Assembly (NCBI GenBank): GCA_022072405.1
Contig: JAJVHX010000022.1
Location: forward strand, 22,618-86,617
Origin: Phycisphaerae bacterium
GTDB taxonomy: Bacteria > Planctomycetota > Phycisphaerae > UBA1845 > CAIVHJ01
Length of the DNA stretch: 64,000 bases
Direction: 5' to 3'
The position numbers and the translations under genes are program-made. Of the stretch, positions 51,265 through 60,300 are shown piece by piece. Each line of letters starts with the position of its first letter. The stretch's first letter is position 1. A model generated the notes under the pieces. The model saw only the letters and a program-made list of their open reading frames with translations. It did not search any database and was not told where the DNA came from.

Positions 51265-52656
51265 TCAATTCAGCCAGCGTGATAGTTGCGCCACCGAGGC
51301 ACAGACCACCACCGCCAAAATAAGGGGCATCAGGTTGGACCAGATGGTCCACTTCACACTGCCGGTTTCGCGATAGATGGTCCAGGTCGTCGTTGCGCAG
51401 GGATAATGCAACAGTGAAAAAAGCATCATGCAGATCGCCGTGGTAAAAGTCCAGCCGTTGTTATGAAACAACGTTGCCAGTTCCCCCATGTCATCCAGTT
51501 CCGTCATCCGCGTACCGGCCATATAGGCCATAATCATGGTCGGTACAATAATCTCATTGGCGGGAATGGCGACGATATAGGCCAGCAGAATCACACCATC
51601 CATTCCCAGAAACTGTCCGATCGGATTCAACCAGGAAATGGCATAAGCCATCAGGCTCTGGTCACCCGCATTGATATTACCCAGCAGCCAGATTACTGCA
51701 CCGGCGGGCGCGGCGGTGACACAGGCCCGACCCAGCACATAAATGGTTCGATCGATCAATGAACGGTGGAAAATGCGCAACAGATTGGGCTTGCGGTAGG
51801 GGGGTAGTTCCAGAAAAAAATGGCTGGGTTCGCCTTTCAGGACGGTCGAGGATAAAAACTTGCTCATGGCGAAAGTGACCGCTACACCGATCAGCGTGAC
51901 CGCAACCACGGTTGCTGTGGCTACGATCCCCGACCAGGCTGGATTGAAACTGGCAGCGACAAACACCGTCGCCAGCAGAATAATCGTCGGCCAGCGACCG
52001 TTGCATAGCATGAAATTGTTCGTCAGAATGGCGATCAGGCGCTCGCGCGGTGAGTCGATAATTCGGCAACTGGTCACCCCCGCAGCATTACAGCCAAAGC
52101 CCATCCCCATGGTCAACGATTGCTTGCCATTAGCTCCGCACCAGCGGAATAGCCGATCCAGATTGAACGAGACCCGCGGCAGGTAGCCGATGTCTTCGAG
52201 AAAAGTAAAAATCGGGAAAAAGATCGCCATGGGCGGCAACATCACCGAGATCACCCAGGCCAAACCGCGATAGACACCGTTGACCAGAAATCCGGTCAGC
52301 CACCAGGGAGATCCGATCGCTTTCATCCCGGTTTCAAGATGTCCTTCCAACCAGAAAAAGAAATCGGCCAGGAGTCCACTGGGGACATTCGCACCCTGAA
52401 TCGTCAACCACAGAATGGCCATCAGGGCAAAGATCATGATCGGAAAACCCAGCCAGCGACTGGTCAGGATTTTGTCCGCGCCCAGGTCCCAGTCTACGGC
52501 CGGCCGGCCGGTAACATGCACGCCTACGGCGGAAACCTGAGCAGCCCGGTGATAGAGTGCTCCCGCCAAACGATCATGGAGATCGCTGCCCAGCTTTTGG
52601 CGCAAAAGTCGAACATCATTCAAGAGCTTATCAGCAACATTGGAGGATTCGTTCAT
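51265..52656 (-). CDS. feoB: Ferrous iron transporter FeoB, membrane (Gate/nucleoside-recognition) portion, encoded as a separate ORF
   Basis: Multiple TM helices with FeoB gate motifs. Start ATG overlaps the stop of the upstream G-domain ORF (ATGA). Confidence 0.8.
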   Translation of the reverse strand: MNESSNVADKLLNDVRLLRQKLGSDLHDRLAGALYHRAAQVSAVGVHVTGRPAVDWDLGADKILTSRWLGFPIMIFALMAILWLTIQGANVPSGLLADFFFWLEGHLETGMKAIGSPWWLTGFLVNGVYRGLAWVISVMLPPMAIFFPIFTFLEDIGYLPRVSFNLDRLFRWCGANGKQSLTMGMGFGCNAAGVTSCRIIDSPRERLIAILTNNFMLCNGRWPTIILLATVFVAASFNPAWSGIVATATVVAVTLIGVAVTFAMSKFLSSTVLKGEPSHFFLELPPYRKPNLLRIFHRSLIDRTIYVLGRACVTAAPAGAVIWLLGNINAGDQSLMAYAISWLNPIGQFLGMDGVILLAYIVAIPANEIIVPTMIMAYMAGTRMTELDDMGELATLFHNNGWTFTTAICMMLFSLLHYPCATTTWTIYRETGSVKWTIWSNLMPLILAVVVCASVAQLSRWLN

Positions 52657-53456
52657 ACCAATACCAGTTCCTGAGCAGGGTCCTTCGAAAATTCAGCCAG
52701 TTCACCGCTGCGCAAAGCCTGTTCCATTCGTTCATCTCCGGCGAGCAGCCGCATCGCCACCCACCTTGGACAAGGCAGATTGGGAATCATCTGCAGCAGT
52801 TGGGGCACCAGCAAGCCAATGGCAGATTCAATTTCGTCATCCAGCCGGGCGCGACGCGGTTGGGGCAGAGCAGCACCCGTAGCCACTTCATGAATGTGCT
52901 GCAACAGATGATCCATGCCATGACCCCGCCGAGCGGACGTGGGCACAACCGGCACACCCAGTTCAGCTTCCAATGCCCGGGCTTCCAGGGCGATCATCTT
53001 GCGATTGGCTTCATCAATCAGATTGGCGCAGACCACCACGCGATTGGTGATTTCCATGATCTGCAATACCAAATGCAGGCTGCGTTCCAGAACCGTGGCA
53101 TCGCACACCACCACGGTACAATCCGGTCGACCAAAGAGAATAAAATCCCGGGCGATCTCCTCATCGACGCTGCGAGTCATTAACGAATAAGTACCCGGCA
53201 GGTCAATCAGTTTGTAGCGCGTGTCCGCCTGTGTGAAAAAACCTTCAGCCCGTGCAACAGTTTTGCCGGGCCAATTTCCCGTATGCTGATGTAATCCAGT
53301 CAGATAGTTGAAAACCGTGCTCTTGCCGGTATTGGGATTCCCGGCGAGAGCGACGACGTAATCATATACCCCGCCGATCTGCACCAAAGCGGTGCGATTT
53401 GGGGCCGTATCTGAACATCCGGTGCTACAGCTATTGCAGTTTCCCATAAAATTCAA
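52653..53456 (-). CDS. feoB: FeoB N-terminal GTPase domain plus helical (GDI-like) domain as a stand-alone 267-aa ORF. N-terminal Cys-rich extension (CNSCSTGC)
   Basis: G1 AGNPNTGKSTVFNYLTG, G3 DLPGTYS, G4 NLID. Confidence 0.8.
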   Translation of the reverse strand: MNFMGNCNSCSTGCSDTAPNRTALVQIGGVYDYVVALAGNPNTGKSTVFNYLTGLHQHTGNWPGKTVARAEGFFTQADTRYKLIDLPGTYSLMTRSVDEEIARDFILFGRPDCTVVVCDATVLERSLHLVLQIMEITNRVVVCANLIDEANRKMIALEARALEAELGVPVVPTSARRGHGMDHLLQHIHEVATGAALPQPRRARLDDEIESAIGLLVPQLLQMIPNLPCPRWVAMRLLAGDERMEQALRSGELAEFSKDPAQELVLV

Positions 53457-53489
53457 TTGTCGATTAACTGTGTAATCTGTTATGCAAGG

Positions 53490-53717
53490 CTAAATGGTAA
53501 TCTGTATGTTTCGAGCATCCTGCTGGCGAAGAGCGATCATGGCTCCGCGGACACGATAACAGATAGGGTCACCGATCGGGCTGTGCATGATTTGCTCAAT
53601 TGCCGTGCCCGGAACCAAACCCAGGTCCAGCAGCCGCTGACGCAAACTACCTTCGGTGTCGAGACGTAATACATGACCGGTCTGGCCAGGGTGCAGTTCG
53701 CTCAGTCGGAGAGTCAT
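53490..53717 (-). CDS. feoA: FeoA (SH3-like ferrous iron transport protein A)
   Basis: 75 aa; FeoA motif GQTGHVLRL…LGLVPGT. Confidence 0.85.
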   Translation of the reverse strand: MTLRLSELHPGQTGHVLRLDTEGSLRQRLLDLGLVPGTAIEQIMHSPIGDPICYRVRGAMIALRQQDARNIQITI

Positions 53718-53752
53718 AATAATTATTCCTTATCAGCGGTGTTTGTCTTGAG

Positions 53753-54448
53753 TTATTGCAGTTCAACAAAAACGTAACCAGCCACTTCCCGGCCAATCAC
53801 AAATCGATTCGTTCCGATCTGCAGGGTCAGTGGGCCTTGAAAGGGCTGCTTATCCATTACATGTATACCAGTACCCGGCCGCATGCCTAAGCCGTCCAGA
53901 AATTGCAGAATCTCCGGGACATCGCGCACCCATAAAATATTGACCCGATCGCCCGGATCGCATTCCGCCAGAAATTGCCCCGCCTGGGTAGGCATATCAC
54001 CTTCTGGCGTGGGAATCGGATCGCCATGCGGATCAAAACGCGGATAGTTCAGCAGGGCATCAACTCGATCCAGAAAACGAGCCGACACATGATGCTCCAG
54101 TTGTTCGGCTTCTTCATCCACTTCATCCCAACTGTAGCCTAGAATTTCATGTAAAAATGCTTCCAGTAATCGGTGATGACGCACCATCCGTAACGCTGCC
54201 AGCCGACCTTCCTCGGTGAGCGTCACACCGCGATAAGGCTCGTAAGAAAGCAGGCCTTTATGCGCTAATTGCTGGATCGCCTTGGACACTGCTGCCGCGG
54301 AGATGCCTAATTCTTCTGCCAGCTGTGTGGTAGAGACTGAATTTCCATCGGTCTGCAGCATGAAGATGGCCCGCAGATAATCCTCCGTCGATTGTCCAAG
54401 ATGTTTAGGTGTCAATTGCTTCATCTGTTTATACTCGGCACAAAACAA
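53753..54448 (-). CDS. DtxR/MntR-family metal-dependent transcriptional regulator with C-terminal FeoA/SH3-like domain. Start probably at the internal Met near 54424
   Basis: N-terminal HTH (TTQLAEELGISAAAVSKAIQQL), metal-binding/dimerisation helices (HHRLLEAFL…) and C-terminal SH3-like fold. Confidence 0.8.
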   Translation of the reverse strand: MFCAEYKQMKQLTPKHLGQSTEDYLRAIFMLQTDGNSVSTTQLAEELGISAAAVSKAIQQLAHKGLLSYEPYRGVTLTEEGRLAALRMVRHHRLLEAFLHEILGYSWDEVDEEAEQLEHHVSARFLDRVDALLNYPRFDPHGDPIPTPEGDMPTQAGQFLAECDPGDRVNILWVRDVPEILQFLDGLGMRPGTGIHVMDKQPFQGPLTLQIGTNRFVIGREVAGYVFVELQ

Positions 54449-54545
54449 ATTTAATCATAGTTAAATTTACATTAAAAACAAGTATATAAATAGTAGTCTA
54501 ATAAAAAATATCTGTATCTAATTGTATAATAATGAATTATAATTT

Positions 54546-55568
54546 TTATCTAATGGCACTGAAATGATCAAATTTGATACGTGGAGTCCAGTACTCATCG
54601 CGCGGAGGTTCGGCATGACAGAGTGCTGTGGAGAAGTATTTTTTGTTGCAGTCGGCAATGATCGTCACCACATTTGCACCAGGTCCGAGGTGTTCTGCCA
54701 CCTGCATTGCGCCGACGACATTCGCTCCGGAGGAGATACCTACCGCTAATCCCAGCTGATGGCATAGCGTCTGAGCCATCAGAATGGCATCGCCGTCCCA
54801 GACATCAACAACAGGGTCCAGTTCCTGCAGATTAACGATGGAGGGAATAAACTCATCGGAAATTCCCTGAATACGATGTTGGCCTACTTTATGGCCGGTG
54901 CGCATGGTGGGAGAGTTTGCTGGTTCGAGTGGATGGGCCTGAACTCGTTTGCCATTGCTACGCAAATATCGAGCCACCCCCATGATAGTCCCACCCGTAC
55001 CAACACCAGCGACAACCGCATCAACCGTATACCCCAGTTGCTGAAGTTGCTGCTCAATTTCCGGGCCTGTTGTCAGTTCATGGGCTTCGGTGTTTGCAGG
55101 GTTATCAAACTGGCGGGGCAGATAGACATGCTCATTTTCGTGAGCATAGTCATTAGCCATCGTTATGGAACCGATGAATCCGCCTTGTGATTTGGAAACC
55201 GGGATCACTTCGGCACCATAATGGTGCATAAGCAGAACGCGCTCCTGACTAAGCCAATCCGGCATGTAAATGCGCACGAAATGGCCAAGGGCTTTCCCAA
55301 TAGCGGCGAAAGAAATTCCGGTATTCCCGCTGGAAGCTTCGACGATGGTATCGCGTGATTGCAGTTCACCTGATTCATAGGCCCGGCGCAGTATGTGCAA
55401 GGCCATGCGATCTTTAATACTGCCGGTCATGTTGGAGATTTCGTATTTGGCAAAGATACGACGAGGCTGACCCTCCAGGCGATAATGAATCTCCAGCATG
55501 GGGGTCTGACCCACCATAGCCATGAGATGATCAACTGTGCGCAGCTTTTCAGCGATAGTCATTTGCAT
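54546..55568 (-). CDS. PLP-dependent cysteine-synthase-family enzyme (CysK/CysM-like). Start at internal Met, not the ORF start 55643
   Basis: PLP-lysine motif TGSIKDRMAL and glycine loop SSGNTGISFA. Confidence 0.8.
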   Translation of the reverse strand: MQMTIAEKLRTVDHLMAMVGQTPMLEIHYRLEGQPRRIFAKYEISNMTGSIKDRMALHILRRAYESGELQSRDTIVEASSGNTGISFAAIGKALGHFVRIYMPDWLSQERVLLMHHYGAEVIPVSKSQGGFIGSITMANDYAHENEHVYLPRQFDNPANTEAHELTTGPEIEQQLQQLGYTVDAVVAGVGTGGTIMGVARYLRSNGKRVQAHPLEPANSPTMRTGHKVGQHRIQGISDEFIPSIVNLQELDPVVDVWDGDAILMAQTLCHQLGLAVGISSGANVVGAMQVAEHLGPGANVVTIIADCNKKYFSTALCHAEPPRDEYWTPRIKFDHFSAIR

Positions 55569-55984
55569 ATTGCTATCGTAACGGATCTGATATTTGATTA
55601 CTACTCGATTTACAATGTGGTGATGACTGGCAGTGAAAAGCATAGAATTATAAATAAATTACTTGACGAGACTGTTTTCGGGATTATATTTATTCTTGCA
55701 CTCCTCGATACATTTATCGCGCTGTTATTACAGGTGAACTGATCATAGGGATCAGGTTTTGTATTGAGGAAGCGGTACGTAATCAAAAGGATTGTTGAAT
55801 TATCATGCTTCGCCAAGCCCACAAAGAGCTATTCTGCTATCGCCAGTCGCCAGTCGGTGAATTCACCGGCGGACGATTGGCGTTACGCACACCTGCAATG
55901 AGCGTATTGCCGCAGAATATTGCCGGTGATCGTTTGAGCCGGTCTTTGGGGCCTTAAGGTGATTTAATCACTCTGTTTGTACAA

Positions 55985-56019
55985 AAGCCCTGAAGCCAGC
56001 AACTTCGGGGCTTTTTTTA
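55985..56019 (+). terminator. Rho-independent-type terminator (9-bp stem GCCCTGAAG/CTTCGGGGC plus T7) with no annotated upstream plus-strand gene
   Basis: gccctgaagccagcaacttcggggcttttttt. Confidence 0.55.
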
Positions 56020-56259
56020 TGCCTGTAGTTTTTGACGACTTGGTCGTCGGAAAGGAGGTGAGGCCGGTTTAGTCCCAAGGAGTGCGTGAAGTGTTGCCTG
56101 TAGCACTCGATTGCTGCGGGTGCTATAGGCCCTTCACCGGTTTATGTAATACATTATTTTTCGCTTAACTGATATTGTTCCGGCGGCAGGAGGGCGTTAG
56201 CCCGAACCTGTTCCGTGAACGGTATCAGAAACAATATCAGTAAGCCGCTTTGGAAAGCG

Positions 56260-56301
56260 CAGACTTTAGAGGTCTGTAGCAGGTTCGACTCCTGCACACC
56301 A
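56260..56301 (+). other. tRNA-like remnant: anticodon-arm-like hairpin (CAGAC-TTTAGAG-GTCTG) plus canonical T-arm (GCAGG-TTCGACT-CCTGC) plus ACACCA, abutting the tRNA-Met 5' end
   Basis: T-loop consensus TTCGAnT and 3' ...CCA, but no D-arm or 5' acceptor strand can be paired. Confidence 0.4.
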
Positions 56302-56375
56302 TGCAGATAGCTCATGGGTTAGAGCAAACGGCTCATAACCGTTGGGGAGCGGGTTCGAATCCCGTTCTGCAGCCA
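56301..56375 (+). tRNA. tRNA-Met/Ile2 (anticodon CAT)
   Basis: D-arm GCTC-ATGGGTTA-GAGC, anticodon stem AACGG/CCGTT with loop CTCATAA, T-arm GCGGG-TTCGAAT-CCCGT, acceptor ATGCAGA/TCTGCAG (1:72 A•G mismatch). Ends uncertain by ±2 nt. Confidence 0.65.
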
Positions 56376-56712
56376 GCGACGCAAGTCGCACTCAATGACA
56401 AGGTGGGAGTGGTATGGAGCTTGGTCGGACATTTTTCAGCGGTAGAGCGTAGTCTCTGCCGATTGAATCGTGCCACCGTGAAGTTAACTCTGTGTCTCGA
56501 TGGATACCGACGGAATTCCCGCTCGGCCTCAATGATCATCATGTTTATCAGCGTGGTGGTTGAGTCAGGCGGAGTCGGGAAATTCGCCTCAAACCGGGAT
56601 CCGCTGACTTGACGTGATTAAGCACTCAGCCACCCTGCATTGTCTGAACATGTGAATCGTGAATAATGAAACAGTATGCACAATAATCTTTTGTGAAAGG
56701 AGGTGAGTTGGA

Positions 56713-57846
56713 ATGTTCGGTATGGTTCGGATTAAGTCTTATGAGTTCGGGTTATTGTTTCGGTACGGTGATTTCCGCAAGTTACTGATTCCGCGCAACT
56801 ATCGCTTCTGCAGCAAACTGTGGAGTTCCAAGCGGGCGATCGTGGAGATCGTTAATACACTGGAGACCCGGTTTGAACACCCGCTGTTGGAAGTATTGAT
56901 TCGACATCCGGCAGTGCGTGAACGACTGGAAGTGGTGGAGTTGAACGATATGCAGCGGGCGATCGTCTGGAAGGATGAGCGACTGGCTTATATTTTGGGG
57001 CCAGGTCGTCATGCCTTCTGGAAGGCGCCGGCGGTACTGCGTATCGAATTGTTCGATGCCCGGACCTTGCGTCTGGCGCATGACCGGCTTGATGCCATCG
57101 TCAACTTTGCCGGGTCCAGCAAGTGGCTGACCGGTGTGGACGTAGCCGATTATGAAGAGGCTCTGTTGCTCAAGGATGGCCGGATCGTGGAGCGACTGGG
57201 CGAAGGCCGCCACGTCTTCTGGAGCGGCGTGAATCGAGTAACCTGGAAGGCGGTGGATCGCCGGGAACAGGTAGCCGATGTGGCTGGTCAGGAGATCATG
57301 ACCAGTGACAAGGTTACACTGCGCGTGAATCTGGCCGTTGTGTACCAGGTGACCGATGCACTGAAGGCGGTGACTGTGGTCAGTGACTATGCTCAGGCGT
57401 TGTACCGTGAGGCTCAACTCGCCTTGCGGGCCGCGGTAGGTACTCGCAGCCTGGACGCGTTGCTGGCGGATAAGGAATCGGTCGGCGGAGAGGTGCGCAA
57501 TGTGCTCTCCGGGCGTGTGGCGGAGTTCGGTGTAGTGGTGCGTAGCGTCGGGCTCAAGGATATTATCCTGCCCGGTGAGATGAAGACCATTTTGAATCAG
57601 GTGATCGAGGCGGAGAAGTCCGCGCAGGCCAACCTGATCAAACGCCGGGAAGAAACCGCCGCAACTCGCAGCCAGGTCAACACCGCCAAGTTGCTGGCCG
57701 AAAACCCCATCCTGGCCCGGATGAAGGAACTGGAGATGATTCAGGAAATTCTGGCTGGGGCCAAGGTCACTTTTGTGCTGGGCAACGGCGAGTTGACCAG
57801 CCAGATTCGCCGGCTGACCAATGCTGAGGAATCCGGTGATGATTAA
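56713..57846 (+). CDS. SPFH/band-7 (stomatin/flotillin/HflC-like) domain protein with about 200-aa N-terminal extension and no obvious TM
   Basis: C-terminal SPFH core (VTLRVNLAVVYQVTD…GLKDIILPGEMKTILNQVIEAEKSAQANLIKRRE…). Confidence 0.7.
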   Translation: MFGMVRIKSYEFGLLFRYGDFRKLLIPRNYRFCSKLWSSKRAIVEIVNTLETRFEHPLLEVLIRHPAVRERLEVVELNDMQRAIVWKDERLAYILGPGRHAFWKAPAVLRIELFDARTLRLAHDRLDAIVNFAGSSKWLTGVDVADYEEALLLKDGRIVERLGEGRHVFWSGVNRVTWKAVDRREQVADVAGQEIMTSDKVTLRVNLAVVYQVTDALKAVTVVSDYAQALYREAQLALRAAVGTRSLDALLADKESVGGEVRNVLSGRVAEFGVVVRSVGLKDIILPGEMKTILNQVIEAEKSAQANLIKRREETAATRSQVNTAKLLAENPILARMKELEMIQEILAGAKVTFVLGNGELTSQIRRLTNAEESGDD

Positions 57847-57847
57847 T

Positions 57848-57901
57848 TTGAACCCAAGTCATCATCCTGTTCCCAGGATCGGGCTTGGGTTCAATTATTT
57901 T
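57848..57901 (+). terminator. Hairpin terminator after the SPFH gene (perfect 11-bp stem TTGAACCCAAG/CTTGGGTTCAA, long loop, T-rich tail)
   Basis: ttgaacccaag…cttgggttcaattatttt directly after stop codon. Confidence 0.55.
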
Positions 57902-58074
57902 GGTGCTGCATCAATTATGTCTCATTCCTTTTGCTTCGCCCCGATTCAATTGAAGATTCATCCCAATGCGGATAGAATCAAGCGGATCGATTTGCCGATA
58001 AGTGAAATGATAGACATGGCTACTGGGTAGCATTGACAGGTGGGCTATCGGTTGTTGCTGATTTATTCTGTATT

Positions 58075-58122
58075 GCGGGTGTAGCTCAATTGGTAGAGCA
58101 TCAGCCTTCCAAGCTGGACGCT
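58075..58122 (+). pseudogene. Truncated tRNA-Gly(TCC): acceptor 5' strand, D-arm and anticodon arm intact; T-arm and 3' acceptor strand missing
   Basis: GCGGGTG-TA-GCTC-AATTGGTA-GAGC-A-TCAGC-CTTCCAA-GCTGG, then unrelated sequence with no T-arm. Confidence 0.6.
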
Positions 58123-58412
58123 GTCGTCCGATCCTCAAGTATTACAATAAGTAACGATTTAACAAGTACAATCCCCAGCAATAACCCCAGCAGTTGTACA
58201 CTGAATCAGATGATTGAAGCCGATCTGCAATTGCTGGTCGAGCGTTGGCCGGTGCTGCCGGCGGCGGTGCGGGCGGGGATCGTGGCGATGGTCAAAGCTT
58301 CCGAGGAGAAAAAAGAATGACCGGAGGGGCCCCCATCGACGGGCAGAATGTTTCCCGCACCCCCGGTCTTGCGAGCAAATGACCTCAACTTATTAACTCC
58401 CGGCCCGGAGCC

Positions 58413-58934
58413 TTGTTTTTACAACAGGGAAATCAGCTTATGAATAAGATACGAGACAATAAGTCCAAGGCCGTCAGGCGTGGCTTTCTGGAGCGGTTGC
58501 AGGCGAATCAGGTTCGTAATGGTGAAACAGGTCATGGGTCCGCCGATAGCGCCACATATTCAGAATGTACAATTCCTGCCGAATTTGCTGGCCTTCCCCT
58601 GGCGACCGATCTTCGCCGGACGATCGAATGGGTCGCTGCCAACCTGGTTGTGCCGTATGGCCGGGAAGATATGGCCACCTGTCCGAGCCAGAATTCTTAT
58701 GCGTTATATGACTGGAGCAGGCAATCCGCTCGTAACTGCGATGTGTTCTGGACTACCATCTTCACCAAGTTAGTGCCGTCGAGGTCGGAGCAGGAGAACG
58801 GGCCGCGATATGAAGATGACGGACGCGATCTCACCTGGGCTTTTGAGCAGATTGAAGCGGCTTTGAAGCGTGAGGAAAATGTGCTTCCATTGGCGAGGGA
58901 GCAAGATGAGGAAGTGTCCAATGGTGAATCATAA
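58413..58934 (+). CDS. Hypothetical protein (173 aa), island-borne
   Basis: Intact ORF with no recognised domains. Confidence 0.35.
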   Translation: MFLQQGNQLMNKIRDNKSKAVRRGFLERLQANQVRNGETGHGSADSATYSECTIPAEFAGLPLATDLRRTIEWVAANLVVPYGREDMATCPSQNSYALYDWSRQSARNCDVFWTTIFTKLVPSRSEQENGPRYEDDGRDLTWAFEQIEAALKREENVLPLAREQDEEVSNGES

Positions 58935-58953
58935 GGGATGATGTGATTGGGGA

Positions 58954-59238
58954 ATGATGCAGATGGCGGGTCGGCCAAAAACAATGGCAAAGAAAATCAC
59001 AGAACTGGAAGCGAGGGCCTTGCAACTAGCGCAGGATTATTTTGAGTTAATGCCCAAAATGTATCGTGATCAGGTTAATCCCCAAGACCCAATTAACCAA
59101 TCATGGAATAAGACGTTGGATCAGGTGATGAGACTACTAAAAGCCATAGAGCAGTTAGGAGATTTGTATCGGGCCAAGGCTGGAATTCTAGACCCCGGCC
59201 CAATAACAAGTTTTCAGGCGGCCCTCCAAAAACAATAA
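58954..59238 (+). CDS. Hypothetical protein (94 aa), island-borne
   Basis: Intact ORF 20 bp after the previous one. Confidence 0.3.
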   Translation: MMQMAGRPKTMAKKITELEARALQLAQDYFELMPKMYRDQVNPQDPINQSWNKTLDQVMRLLKAIEQLGDLYRAKAGILDPGPITSFQAALQKQ

Positions 59239-59583
59239 TCAGTTACACATATCATCGAATATCAGAACAACGAGACTAAACGGGTTCCCGAACAACCTGA
59301 CATCAATACGATTGAGATAATTCCGATCAAAGCCCGGCCCATGTTGTTTTCTTTTTCAAAAAGGAGAAGTGTTCACCCGCACAACAACCTTGGACGTATG
59401 GTCGTCCCTCGCGTCGGCGGATTCCGTCTTTGTCACCCAGACGAGCAAGCTGCCGACCGGGTGCTTGCGGTAGAGCGAGAACAATGAGGCCGCGGACCTG
59501 ATCGCGGTTCCACACGTACCCCCGTTAGAACTCGGGCAGAGCCATTGATCACAGGTAAATCTGATCGAGTATCGTGTCTACCT

Positions 59584-60300
59584 TCATTGGTCCTCCTGAA
59601 GCTGCTTGCTCGCACCACGTCGACTTGGCGAGGGTTCGCGCCACGAGAAGTGAAGAAACTCCTCATCTTGCATCCGTATGGATCTGTCCCACCGCTCCTG
59701 TTTCAATTCTCGAAGGAACTTGTGTTCACGCCACAGATGCGGATAAAAATGGCGAAAGACAAAACGAGAGAATCGCCCGATGCTGACAGGTCCCGATACC
59801 GCACAGCGGCAATGCGCCCACAGCATGTGCACATGGGTTGCGGAGTGATCTTCATCCTCATGTTGCCCATCAAAGTCGAATCGTAGCGGTGTTCGGAGCC
59901 GGAGGTGGCCCGAGCCATCGGTGTGATACATGTCGACAACATCAAGCATTGGATCCTCTTCCAGAAAAGCTGGATCGATGTCGTAAGGACATGGGTAAAA
60001 GCAGAGCCGATGTCGCACGAGTGTTAGGCCACGAAAGTCATACGAGAGTTGTATGACGGCCCCATCTGCCAAGACAACCAGGTAATCCTGTGATTCCAGC
60101 AGAGCGCGATACTCATCGATGCTCGCAAACGCGAAATCTGTGAGGCGACTCGATCTCGTTGCGGGTCGTTGAGAAGTGATCCTGGTCAGACTCGGCTCAG
60201 GATGCTGCGGAACCACCGGATTGGCCGTCAGGGCGACTCCTTGGTTCAACAGCAGGTCGGCGTAATCCCGCATCTCCGCCATGAGCTGATTGGGCGTCAT
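59584..60300 (-). CDS. Hypothetical 238-aa protein translationally coupled (ATGA) to the upstream helicase/ATPase gene
   Basis: 4-bp start/stop overlap with ORF 60297..62435. His/Asp-rich (…HEDEDHSATHVH…). No recognised domain. Confidence 0.5.
   Translation of the reverse strand: MTPNQLMAEMRDYADLLLNQGVALTANPVVPQHPEPSLTRITSQRPATRSSRLTDFAFASIDEYRALLESQDYLVVLADGAVIQLSYDFRGLTLVRHRLCFYPCPYDIDPAFLEEDPMLDVVDMYHTDGSGHLRLRTPLRFDFDGQHEDEDHSATHVHMLWAHCRCAVSGPVSIGRFSRFVFRHFYPHLWREHKFLRELKQERWDRSIRMQDEEFLHFSWREPSPSRRGASKQLQEDQ

Noticed and set aside
52557-53183. Plus-strand ORF 52557..53183 (208 aa) and 42180..42833 antisense to feoB and nfnA
   Set aside because: Shadow ORFs; opposite strands have clear FeoB and NfnA motifs
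51265-53456. FeoB split as a sequencing frameshift
   Set aside because: The precise ATGA start/stop overlap with an in-context ATG argues for a genuine two-ORF arrangement, though read-level confirmation is still needed
55980-56302. Possible tmRNA (ssrA) because of a T-arm plus ACCA 3' end at 56279-56301
   Set aside because: No 5' acceptor partner, no tag-peptide reading frame ending in hydrophobic residues followed by stop, and no pseudoknot-like pairing found. Better explained as a tRNA remnant
56301-56612. ORFs 56301..56612 (+) and 56333..56542 (-) overlapping the tRNA-Met region
   Set aside because: They span a tRNA gene and low-complexity non-coding DNA. No coding signal
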